From Clostridia bacterium (GTDB taxonomy: Bacteria > Bacillota > Clostridia > Oscillospirales > Butyricicoccaceae), in the NCBI GenBank assembly GCA_017547995.1, contig JAFYNW010000229.1, positions 1 through 32,042 on the forward strand: a DNA stretch of 32,042 nucleotides, read 5' to 3'. Shown piece after piece: positions 24,261 to 32,042 of this stretch; the stretch's first letter is position 1; every line of letters begins with the position of its first letter. The translations under genes were made by a program, and so were the position numbers. The notes under the pieces were generated by a model, which saw only the letters and a program-made list of their open reading frames with translations, ran no database searches and had not been told where the DNA came from.

Positions 24261-27044
24261 TTATTCTAAAACCTTTGCGCAGCGTTCGCACAATGTAGGA
24301 TGATTTTCATTTGTACCAACTGTATGGGAGAACATCCAGCAACGTTCGCACTTTTCGCCTTCAGCCTTTGTAACTTCTACGCCTACGTTTTCCATGGAAT
24401 ACTGCTTGCCGCCGTTGCCGCAAACCATTTCAACCTTGGAAACGATGAACAATGTTTCGAGAAGCTTGTTCTGGCCTTCGAACTTCTTGAAGAGATCTTC
24501 GTTCATGTAGAGAGTGATCTTAGCTTCAAGTGGCTTACCGATGAGCTTGGAAGCACGAGCTTCTTCAAGACCCTGGTTAGCAGCAGTTCTGAGAGCGATG
24601 AGTTCATCCCACTTAGCCATTTCTTCATCGGAAAGATGATATTCTGTGAATGGCTTATTCATCTGGTTGAGCATGATATGCATTGTATCATCGCCATCCT
24701 TATGTGGCATTGCCTGCCAAATTTCGTCGGATGTAAATGCGAGGATAGGAGCAAGCATTCTTACCATAGAGTCGAGGATGAGGTAGATAGCTGTCTGTGC
24801 GCTTCTTCTTTCTACGCCGTCAGTCTTTTCACAGTAAAGTCTGTCCTTGATAACATCAAGATAGAAGTTGGAAAGTTCTACAACGCAGAAGTTATGAATG
24901 CTGTGGTGAACAACATGATATTCGAATGCATCGTAGCCTTCCTTAACCTTATTCATAAGGCTTGTGAGCTTTGTAACTGCCCATCTGTCGATTTCCATCA
25001 TTTCTTCTGGCTTTACAAGGTTATTTGCATCGAAGCCAGCGATGTTACCGAGGATATATCTTGCTGTATTTCTGATCTTGAGATACATCTGGGAGAGCTG
25101 CTTGAAGATTTCCTTGGAAACTCTTACGTCAACTCTGTAGTCGGAGGATGCAACCCAAAGGCGGAGAATATCAGCACCGTATTCCTTCATTACGTCGAGT
25201 GGGTCAACTGTGTTGCCAAGAGACTTGGACATCTTCTTGCCTTCGCCGTCAACAACCCAACCATGTGTGAGAACGTTCTTGTATGGTGCACCCTGATTCT
25301 TTGTAGCAACAGCTGTAAGGAGAGAAGACTGGAACCAGCCTCTGTACTGGTCAGCACCTTCGAGATAAAGGTCTGCTGGCCAATGGTGATCTTCCTTGCC
25401 GTCTACAACTACGAAGTGTGTGGAGCCGGAGTCAAACCAGCCGTCGAGTGTATCTGTTTCCTTGAAGAAGTGTACGCCACCACAATGTGGGCACTTGAAG
25501 CCTTCAGGAATAATTTCTGTTACGTCGTGGATGTACCAGGAGTTAGAACCTTCGTTCTTGAACATTTCGGAAACTGCAGCGATTGTTTCATCTGTGCATA
25601 CTGGCTTCTTACAGTCTTCACAGTAGAATACTGGAATTGGGAGACCCCAGTGACGCTGTCTGGAAATACACCAGTCTGCTCTTTCACGGATCATAGAAAC
25701 CATTCTGTCGCCGCCCCATGCAGGAGACCATGTAACGTTTTCACAAGCAGCTACTGCGTCATCCTTAAAGGATTCAACGGAGCAGAACCACTGTGGTGTA
25801 GCTCTGAAGATGATAGGATTCTTACATCTCCAGCAGTGTGGATATGGGTGAACGATGTCTTCGTATGCGAAGAGTGCGCCTGTTTCTACGAGGTGATCGA
25901 AAATAGCCGCATTGGACTTTTCGTAGTACATACCTGCGAACTGACCTGCATCTTCTGTGAGAACGCCCTTGTCGTTTACTGGAACGAGCATTGGGAGGTT
26001 ATATCTTCTGCCTGTGATATAGTCGTCAGCACCGTGGCCAGGAGCTGTATGAACGCAACCTGTACCGGAATCCATTGTAACGTAGTCAGCATTAACGATA
26101 AGGCTGTCTCTGTCGAGGAATGGATGCTGTGCTGTCATAAGTTCGAATTCATTACCCTTGAGTTCAGCAATGATTTCGTAGTTTTCAATCTTAGCCTGCT
26201 TCATTGTAGCAGCAACGAGTTCCTTAGCCATTACGTATACGTTGCCGTTTTCAACCTTAGCAAGAACGTAGAGTTCCTGTGGGTTGAGAGCAATAGCAAG
26301 ATTACCAGGGAGAGTCCATGTTGTTGTTGTCCAGATTACGAAGTAGAGCTTATCGAGATCGCAGTACTGAGCGAGCTTACCCTGATCGTTCTTAATCTTG
26401 AAGCTTACGTAGATGGACTTACATGGTGCATCGATATATTCGATTTCAGCTTCAGCAAGAGCTGTGTGGTCCTGTGGGCACCAGTAAACTGGCTTGAGAC
26501 CCTTGTAAATGTAGCCCTTCTTGTACATTTCACCGAAGACCTTAACTTCAGTAGATTCGAATTCAGGCTTCATTGTGAGGTATGGGTTTTCCCAGTCACC
26601 GATAACACCGAGGCGCTTGAACTGAGTCATCTGAGCGTCAACCCAGCCTTCAGCAAACTTCTTACAAGCATCACGGAATTCTGGAATGCTCATCTTTGTT
26701 CTGTCGAGCTTATTCTTCTTGATGATTGCGCTTTCGATAGGCATACCATGGTTGTCCCAGCCTGGAACGTAGATAGCATTGAAGCCTGTCATCATCTTAT
26801 ATTTGTTTACAAAGTCCTTAAGAACCTTGTTCATTGCTGTACCCATATGGATATTATTGTTGCTGAATGGAGGGCCGTCATGCAAAACATACTTTGGCAG
26901 GTCCTTATTCTTTTCAATAATTCTCTTATACAAGCCAATTTCTTCGTTGTGTGCGAGCATGCCTGGTTCTCTGTTAGGGAGACCGGCTCTCATAGGAAAC
27001 TCTGTTTCAGGCAAGTTAAGAGTCTTGTTGTAATCCTGTGCCAT
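24261..27044 (-). CDS. ileS: Isoleucine--tRNA ligase (type 1, with C-terminal Zn-finger)
   Basis: 927 aa. It has a HIGH-type motif (NNNIHMGTAMNK), KMSKS, a CP1 editing domain, and C-terminal CERCW...CERC. Confidence 0.97.
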   Translation of the reverse strand: MAQDYNKTLNLPETEFPMRAGLPNREPGMLAHNEEIGLYKRIIEKNKDLPKYVLHDGPPFSNNNIHMGTAMNKVLKDFVNKYKMMTGFNAIYVPGWDNHGMPIESAIIKKNKLDRTKMSIPEFRDACKKFAEGWVDAQMTQFKRLGVIGDWENPYLTMKPEFESTEVKVFGEMYKKGYIYKGLKPVYWCPQDHTALAEAEIEYIDAPCKSIYVSFKIKNDQGKLAQYCDLDKLYFVIWTTTTWTLPGNLAIALNPQELYVLAKVENGNVYVMAKELVAATMKQAKIENYEIIAELKGNEFELMTAQHPFLDRDSLIVNADYVTMDSGTGCVHTAPGHGADDYITGRRYNLPMLVPVNDKGVLTEDAGQFAGMYYEKSNAAIFDHLVETGALFAYEDIVHPYPHCWRCKNPIIFRATPQWFCSVESFKDDAVAACENVTWSPAWGGDRMVSMIRERADWCISRQRHWGLPIPVFYCEDCKKPVCTDETIAAVSEMFKNEGSNSWYIHDVTEIIPEGFKCPHCGGVHFFKETDTLDGWFDSGSTHFVVVDGKEDHHWPADLYLEGADQYRGWFQSSLLTAVATKNQGAPYKNVLTHGWVVDGEGKKMSKSLGNTVDPLDVMKEYGADILRLWVASSDYRVDVRVSKEIFKQLSQMYLKIRNTARYILGNIAGFDANNLVKPEEMMEIDRWAVTKLTSLMNKVKEGYDAFEYHVVHHSIHNFCVVELSNFYLDVIKDRLYCEKTDGVERRSAQTAIYLILDSMVRMLAPILAFTSDEIWQAMPHKDGDDTMHIMLNQMNKPFTEYHLSDEEMAKWDELIALRTAANQGLEEARASKLIGKPLEAKITLYMNEDLFKKFEGQNKLLETLFIVSKVEMVCGNGGKQYSMENVGVEVTKAEGEKCERCWMFSHTVGTNENHPTLCERCAKVLE

Positions 27045-27055
27045 TTTAAAATCCT

Positions 27056-27913
27056 CTATTTCTTCTTTTTATTATCGTCAAAATCTTCATCGTAGTTTGC
27101 ACCGAATCTGAGGTCGTCAAACTGGAACTTTGGCTTTGGTGTAAAGCCGCCTGTGCCGTAAATCTTACCTGTATCAGATTCATCTGCATCTTCTACTGTT
27201 TTTTTATGAACTGCTTTTTCCTTTTTGCCAAGGTGAAGCTCAAAAAATCTTGTTGAATATTCGTCTGCATTTTTATTTTCTGCAGGCTCGTTTTCTATAT
27301 CAAAAACTATTTCTTCTTCCACAGTTTCCTCTACGATTTCTTCCTCTGTTTCTTCTTCAAAGTTTTCAACAATGAAGTCCTTTGGAAGCTCGAACTCGAA
27401 AGTATCAGGCGATGCCTTTACGAATTCTTCCTCTTTCTTTGGCTGAACAACTTCTTTAACAGGAGCTGCTTCAATAAGAGCATTGATAACTTCAATATTC
27501 TTGCTGAGGATGGACTTTATCTGCTCTGCATACTGGCTTGTTTCAGCCTTCATAGCAGCAAGCTTATCCTTTTCGGAATCATAGGATGCCTTCATTTCAA
27601 TAATGCTGGATTCTGCTGTGGATCTTGCTTCATTAATTATTTCAGCAGCTTCCTTTTCGGCATTTGCAATCATTTCCTTTGATTTTGTCTGCGCTGTATA
27701 AAGCATCTTTCTGATTTCATCGTCAACGCTGCGATATTCTTCGATCTTGTCAACGAGAACCTTCATTTTGCTTTTGAGTGTGATATTTTCCTTGTAAATA
27801 TCTGTGTAGTCGCTGATTATAGTATCAAGAAAGTCATCAACCTGCGACATATCGTAACCACCGAATACAGCTTTTTCAAACTTTTTATTCTGAAGTTCTT
27901 GTGGTGTAAGCAT
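27056..27913 (-). CDS. divIVA: DivIVA-domain cell-division/polar scaffold protein with a long acidic C-terminal extension
   Basis: 285 aa. The N-terminus MLTPQELQNKKFEKAVFGGYDMSQVDDFLD is the DivIVA lipid-binding domain, followed by a coiled coil. Synteny with sepF and yggT. Confidence 0.88.
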   Translation of the reverse strand: MLTPQELQNKKFEKAVFGGYDMSQVDDFLDTIISDYTDIYKENITLKSKMKVLVDKIEEYRSVDDEIRKMLYTAQTKSKEMIANAEKEAAEIINEARSTAESSIIEMKASYDSEKDKLAAMKAETSQYAEQIKSILSKNIEVINALIEAAPVKEVVQPKKEEEFVKASPDTFEFELPKDFIVENFEEETEEEIVEETVEEEIVFDIENEPAENKNADEYSTRFFELHLGKKEKAVHKKTVEDADESDTGKIYGTGGFTPKPKFQFDDLRFGANYDEDFDDNKKKK

Positions 27914-27935
27914 ATATCTTCCCCCGTTATTATTT

Positions 27936-28217
27936 CTAAATCATCCCTTGCAGAAGCGCTTCCAGAAATACAATAGTCATAAATGCAAGCATGAATGATA
28001 TATCAAATGGAAACCCTCTGAGTGCTTCCACGTTCTGAAGCAGCTTTCTGAACGGCATGAGCAATGGCTCTGTCAGACCAAATATGAACTCATATATTCT
28101 GCTGCCCTGAATCTGCGGAAACCATGACATTATAGCTCTGAACAAAAGCAGATATTCAAACACCGCAAGCATCGAGGATGCTGTATTCAGAGCAAGAAGG
28201 TTTATAGTTCTAAGCAT
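27936..28217 (-). CDS. yggT: YggT/YlmG family membrane protein
   Basis: 93 aa, with two TM segments and the motif RAIMSWFP. Conserved position between sepF and divIVA. Confidence 0.85.
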   Translation of the reverse strand: MLRTINLLALNTASSMLAVFEYLLLFRAIMSWFPQIQGSRIYEFIFGLTEPLLMPFRKLLQNVEALRGFPFDISFMLAFMTIVFLEALLQGMI

Positions 28218-28229
28218 TATTTCTCCAAA

Positions 28230-28679
28230 CTAAATGTACAAGCCGTTGTTTTCAAGTTCGTCAATAAGGTCACCCATAATGTCAACAGTATATGGTGTGA
28301 TAATAAAGGTATTATTCGCAACCTTCTTGATTTTACCTTCAAGAGAATATGTAACACCGCTGAGGAAGTCGATAAGTCTTCTTGCAATGTCCTTGTTTGT
28401 ATCTTCGAGGTTGAGAACTACTGTTCTTCTGTCTCTGAGATGATCTGCGATTTCAGCAGCATTTTCAAATCTTTCCGGCTTTACAAGCACAACGGAAAGC
28501 TGTGTTGTCGCATGGATATTTACAACCTTATCACTCTTTCTGTGATCAGGTACAGACGATGCAACAGGCTCGATTTCCTGTGCAGGCTGGTTTCTTCTGG
28601 TTCTAGGAGTGAATTCTTCGAAATCGTCTTCGTCGTCTTCGCCCTTAGTCCATTTTACGATATCTTTAAAAATACTCAT
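28230..28679 (-). CDS. sepF: Cell division protein SepF; start corrected to ATG at 28679
   Basis: It has the amphipathic N-terminus MSIFKDIVKW, an acidic linker, and the conserved C-terminal FtsZ-binding domain (VVLVKPERFENAAEIADHLRDRRTVVLNLE...GVTYSLEG). AGAGGAG RBS 5 nt before this ATG. The longer track ORF begins inside the predicted 5' UTR. Confidence 0.88.
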   Translation of the reverse strand: MSIFKDIVKWTKGEDDEDDFEEFTPRTRRNQPAQEIEPVASSVPDHRKSDKVVNIHATTQLSVVLVKPERFENAAEIADHLRDRRTVVLNLEDTNKDIARRLIDFLSGVTYSLEGKIKKVANNTFIITPYTVDIMGDLIDELENNGLYI

Positions 28680-28717
28680 AGTTACTCCTCTCGTATTATT
28701 AAACTGCATATATTAAT

Positions 28718-28746
28718 ATAATACATTTTTTTACACTTATTGTCAA
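28718..28746 (-). promoter_or_regulatory. Near-consensus sigma-A promoter for sepF-yggT-divIVA-ileS (TTGACA-17 nt-TATTAT)
   Basis: The minus strand reads TTGACA ATAAGTGTAAAAAAATG TATTAT. It lies between the MFP-like gene's stop and sepF. Confidence 0.6.
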
Positions 28747-28763
28747 TGTTTTTACGGGATTTT

Positions 28764-29957
28764 TTAGGATAAATTTCCTGAAATTATAATTTTATCGTAT
28801 TCAAACAGGCCTTCGTCGATGCTGTCTGCCTGTTTTACAAGATAATAGCTGTCAGTTTCAAACAGCCATTCGATTTCCTTGAAAACAGATTTTTCACCCA
28901 CAAGGCAATATACACCCCATTTGCCACCTACCTGACGGATGGACGTTTTAGGGATTTTTATACCTGTGTAATTACCAAGGACGATTTCTGCCTGCTGTGT
29001 TCTGTTGGAGAGAAGCAAGCCATCCATGTGTGCACACTTGAAAATAGCAAGATTTCTTCCACCCTCTTCTTTTCTGATTTCAACCACCTCTGCAGGCTCT
29101 TCTTTTGTAGAAACGTGAGGGAAAGTAAGTGTAACCTTTTCGTGAGAATTAAGCTTTTTCGCCTGGGCATCATCAATTTCCACGGCAAAATACCATTCAA
29201 ATCCGGAAACGATTTTGCCTGTTGAATAATTCAGACCTGCATCCTTGTTGTCAACTGCTTCCTTTACGTCGTCACAAGTCAGTGTTTCAAGCCCTGCAAT
29301 CATATAGCGTTCATCAAAGCCGTCACTCGCCTTGAAGAAATAACCTGCTTTGTTGCTTTTAATATAACTGCCCGAGTACACTGCATTTTTAGACTTTGCT
29401 ATTTCATTCTGCAGTGCCTTTATTTCATTATCGTACTCTTCCTGAGTGGAAATATTATTTTTCTGAAGGTCTATGAGTGAATTAAGCTGATACGTAGCAT
29501 CATTGATTTCAGATATATCTCCTGAAATCTGTGCATCTGTATAATCTGAAACTGCAGATTTTATAAGGAGACTGAGTTTTGCACTGTCTGATACGTCAAA
29601 CAGATACGCGCCGCCCTCTTTCATAACCTCGAGTCTGCTTGTAAGCTCTTTATAATGTGCATATTGCTCTCTTGTATTTTCATCCGAGAACAAAAGCGCA
29701 ACGTTCTGGGTGTTGGCAACCTTTTCCCCATCGTTCACTAGAAATTCAAGCATTTCACTTGATTTCCATTCGATAGGATACTGGTCTCTTATGAATACAC
29801 CTGTGACGTTAAGCTTGTCTACAGCCGTAACAGAAACCGCATCGATAGTATCGACCTGATTGCCTGTAGATGTATATAAATGATATCCAAGATATGCTAT
29901 AAAAACAAGCATAATAAGGAATACCATCATTCTCCCCATAAAATCCTGCTGTTTCAT
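28764..29957 (-). CDS. Membrane-anchored HlyD/membrane-fusion-protein-like protein (orphan, no transporter partner in the window)
   Basis: 397 aa. It has one N-terminal TM helix (MMVFLIMLVFIAYLGYHLY), a barrel-sandwich-like start (VTGVFIRDQYPIEW...VNDGEKVANTQNVALLF), a central coiled-coil-like segment (QLNSLIDLQKNNISTQEEYDNEIKALQNEIAKSKN) and a beta-rich C-terminus. GGAG RBS 6 nt upstream. The family call rests on pattern recognition only. Confidence 0.45.
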   Translation of the reverse strand: MKQQDFMGRMMVFLIMLVFIAYLGYHLYTSTGNQVDTIDAVSVTAVDKLNVTGVFIRDQYPIEWKSSEMLEFLVNDGEKVANTQNVALLFSDENTREQYAHYKELTSRLEVMKEGGAYLFDVSDSAKLSLLIKSAVSDYTDAQISGDISEINDATYQLNSLIDLQKNNISTQEEYDNEIKALQNEIAKSKNAVYSGSYIKSNKAGYFFKASDGFDERYMIAGLETLTCDDVKEAVDNKDAGLNYSTGKIVSGFEWYFAVEIDDAQAKKLNSHEKVTLTFPHVSTKEEPAEVVEIRKEEGGRNLAIFKCAHMDGLLLSNRTQQAEIVLGNYTGIKIPKTSIRQVGGKWGVYCLVGEKSVFKEIEWLFETDSYYLVKQADSIDEGLFEYDKIIISGNLS

Positions 29958-29975
29958 CTATTTCTCCAATACTAA

Positions 29976-30197
29976 TTATTCCTGAAGTTGCACATTCCGC
30001 AAAGGCACAATTGTAGATATCGCATGCTTGTACACCAGATACTGCTTATTTTCATTCATAAGCAAAACCGTATAGCCATCAAACGATGCCACAATACCCT
30101 TCTGCTGAAATCCATTCGTCATAAAAACCGTAACCGGCATTTTCTGGCTTCTCAGCATATTGAGAAAAACGTCCTGTACGTTTGCATTCTTTGTCAT
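29976..30197 (-). CDS. hfq: RNA chaperone Hfq; start set to ATG at 30197
   Basis: Sm motifs VQDVFLNMLRSQKMPVTVFMTNGFQQKGIVASFDGYTVLL and YKHAISTIVP. The track start (30203) is a TTG only about 2 nt from the GGAGGA element, whereas the ATG at 30197 has an 8-nt spacing. Confidence 0.93.
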   Translation of the reverse strand: MTKNANVQDVFLNMLRSQKMPVTVFMTNGFQQKGIVASFDGYTVLLMNENKQYLVYKHAISTIVPLRNVQLQE

Positions 30198-30226
30198 CTT
30201 CAAATCCTCCGATATAAAAATTATAT

Positions 30227-31168
30227 CTATAATTCTATACCATTGGACACCAAGATTTCTGTCGCTTTCTGCAAAATATCTTCAAATGTATCATCAGGTG
30301 TATATTCAAGCCAGTTAACCTTATTCTGTGACTTGAACCATGTAAGCTGACGCTTTGCATAGTTTCTTGTTTTTTGCTTCAAAAGATCAGAAGCTTCTTT
30401 TTCTGTCATTTCTCCGTTGATAAAGCCGAGCACTTCCTTATAGCCGATAGCCTGCGCTGCCGTCCCCACAAGAAGACCATTATCAAGAAGTCCTTTTGTT
30501 TCCTCAAGAAGACCGTCTTCAAACATAATATCAACTCTTCTGTTGATTCTGTCATACAGAACTTCTCTTGAAACAGGATTCAAACAGATCGTAACACTGT
30601 CAAGTCTGTCAGCTTTACTCTTATGAATTCTATTATGTTCTGTCAACGTTATACCATAGTCATAGAACACTTCGAGTGCTCTGATGATTCTTTTCTTGTC
30701 GTTAGGATGAAGACGCTCTGCACTTTCAGGATCTATTTCGCTCAGCTCCTGATGCATAGCCTCGCCGCCTATTTCATCATACTTAAGGGTAAGTCTTTCA
30801 CGTGTGCCTGTTTCCATATTCTGCCCCGGAAACTCATTGCCGCGTATAAGGGCATTGATATAAAGGCCTGTACCACCACAGATGACAACGTTCTTTCCTC
30901 TTGCAAAGATATCTTCAACGCATTTATAAGCTTCGTCACCGTATCGTGCGGCAGAATATACTTCCCCCGGCATGACAATATCAAGCATGTGATGTCTTAT
31001 CCCCTGTGTTTCTTCTTCGGTTACCTTGGCTGTACCGATATTCATATATTTATATATCTGCATTGAGTCGGCCGAAACCACCTCTGCATTATAAAGTTTA
31101 GCAAGCTCTACAGACAGCTTTGTTTTGCCTGATGCTGTAGCGCCGCATACAACAATCACTTTGTTCAT
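30227..31168 (-). CDS. miaA: tRNA dimethylallyltransferase MiaA
   Basis: 313 aa. P-loop VIVVCGATASGKTKLSVELA, SADSMQIYKYMNIGTAK and RQLTWF. mutL-miaA-hfq synteny. Confidence 0.95.
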   Translation of the reverse strand: MNKVIVVCGATASGKTKLSVELAKLYNAEVVSADSMQIYKYMNIGTAKVTEEETQGIRHHMLDIVMPGEVYSAARYGDEAYKCVEDIFARGKNVVICGGTGLYINALIRGNEFPGQNMETGTRERLTLKYDEIGGEAMHQELSEIDPESAERLHPNDKKRIIRALEVFYDYGITLTEHNRIHKSKADRLDSVTICLNPVSREVLYDRINRRVDIMFEDGLLEETKGLLDNGLLVGTAAQAIGYKEVLGFINGEMTEKEASDLLKQKTRNYAKRQLTWFKSQNKVNWLEYTPDDTFEDILQKATEILVSNGIEL

Positions 31169-31171
31169 ACT

Positions 31172-32042
31172 TTAACTTCTCTTAAACATTTTTTCAATCT
31201 GATACCTTGTCATAGGGCATACCGTAGGTCTGCCATGAGGACAATTTGCGAGTGTAGGGTCAACCAGCACAGCATTGACAAGAATTTCAAGCTCTTCCGT
31301 TACGTTGATAAATCCAGCCTTTATTGCAGCCTTACAGGATACGTTCTTGACAATATCATCGATAAGGTCACCATTTGCAAACTTGTACTGAGATATTTTA
31401 TCTACAATAGCTGTTACGGACGCCTCAATATCACCGATGGCAATATATACAGGAGCCTTTCTGACAGAGATAATATTTGTGCCCATATCATCGATTTCAA
31501 AGCCAACATCCTCGAAAATCTTCATATTTTCAATAACCGCCTGCTTTTCTTCTCGCGTCAGTGTAATATTCTGTGGCTCGATAAGATACTGCCCAAAAAG
31601 CTCAAGCTCACGCGAAATGATTTTATTATAAACCATCTTTTCATGAACTGCATGCTTATCGATGAGTAACATCTGATCACCCTTTTCCACGATAATATAC
31701 GTCTTGAAAATTTCTCCGACAATCTTATGTGGTTCAGGCGCCGGCATAGTGCTTTTTTTATTTTCCCAGTTATCAAAAATTTCTTTTTTGATTGTGTCAA
31801 TCTTAGGCTCTTCCTTTGGTTTTTCCATTTCCGGATTGTATAAGGAATTATACATCACAGACGTTCTTACGCTCTGCTCTGCTTCACGCGGCTTCTGCAT
31901 TTTCGGTTCAGGAAATGCAAGTGAATTATCAAAGAAAGACTTCTGTACAAGTGGTGTAAAGCTCTTTTCCTTTTCAGCTTTTTCAAGTCTTTCGCGCTTG
32001 TTTTTAATGATATTGGTATAAAACTCTGCTATCGAATATTCC
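31172..32042 (-). CDS. mutL: DNA mismatch repair protein MutL, C-terminal part (5' end off the window)
   Basis: The track lists 31172..31900, but the frame stays open upstream to the window edge (my translation reads ...EYSIAEFYTNIIKNKRERLEKAEKEKSFTPLVQKSFFDNSLAFPEPK-MQKP...). It has the C-terminal dimerisation/endonuclease domain, with DKHAVHEKMVY (the DQHAxHE-type metal motif) and CPHGRP. Confidence 0.9.
   Translation of the reverse strand, partial: EYSIAEFYTNIIKNKRERLEKAEKEKSFTPLVQKSFFDNSLAFPEPKMQKPREAEQSVRTSVMYNSLYNPEMEKPKEEPKIDTIKKEIFDNWENKKSTMPAPEPHKIVGEIFKTYIIVEKGDQMLLIDKHAVHEKMVYNKIISRELELFGQYLIEPQNITLTREEKQAVIENMKIFEDVGFEIDDMGTNIISVRKAPVYIAIGDIEASVTAIVDKISQYKFANGDLIDDIVKNVSCKAAIKAGFINVTEELEILVNAVLVDPTLANCPHGRPTVCPMTRYQIEKMFKRS

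Noticed and set aside
24300-27095. 931-aa ORF on the + strand, longer than ileS itself
   Set aside because: It is exactly codon-aligned antisense to ileS, so it stays open only because ileS avoids TTA/CTA/TCA. It has no RBS, its product is Cys/Phe/Val-rich and domain-less, and it runs across the ileS-divIVA junction. It is a mirror ORF.
1-32042. Search for a defence island, mobile element, CRISPR array, tRNA/rRNA, prophage or toxin-antitoxin module
   Set aside because: No direct-repeat arrays, no long inverted terminal repeats, and no integrase/transposase/recombinase-like ORFs were seen. No intergenic gap exceeds 181 bp. Every sizeable ORF on the coding strand has a recognisable housekeeping or metabolic family signature. 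I therefore do not claim a novel system in this window.

Overview
The window is a gene-dense (about 30 CDS, intergenic gaps of 181 bp or less), low-GC Firmicutes/Clostridia-type chromosomal segment. It encodes sporulation sigma-G, so it comes from a sporulation-lineage organism; no finer taxonomy can be shown without a database search.

Almost everything is core housekeeping, arranged in well-known syntenic blocks:
- relA(partial)-recJ
- lgt
- ylxM-ffh-rpsP-khpA-rimM-trmD
- glmU-like-prs-(asparaginase)-pth-mfd-prsA-like lipoprotein
- a DnaD-domain gene followed by two peptidases (S9/DPP-IV-like and M32)
- a small P-loop ATPase
- sigG
- sdaAB-sdaAA
- a division operon (MFP-like gene, then sepF-yggT-divIVA-ileS)
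- mutL(partial)-miaA-hfq

I found no rRNA, tRNA, CRISPR array, transposase/integrase, phage genes, toxin-antitoxin or defence-type modules. I cannot honestly point to a convincing previously undescribed system here.

The things that deviate from the textbook arrangement and deserve a second look are:
1. A GlmU homologue lacking about 115 N-terminal residues, including the nucleotide-binding motif.
2. A double DnaD-domain protein whose C-terminal part looks like the N-terminal Zn-ribbon region of clostridial DnaC/DnaI-type helicase loaders. It has no AAA+ module and no adjacent loader gene, and is apparently co-transcribed with two peptidases.
3. ileS fused 11 nt behind divIVA, with no room for the usual T-box leader.
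4. An orphan membrane-fusion-protein-like gene embedded between hfq and sepF.
5. Strikingly long codon-aligned antisense ORFs over ileS, prs and both peptidases. These are explained by near-total avoidance of TTA/CTA/TCA codons, not by real genes.

Several ORF-track starts (asparaginase, sigG, sepF, hfq) are corrected from RBS and terminator evidence. Two edge-truncated genes absent from the track (relA, and the upstream part of mutL) are added.
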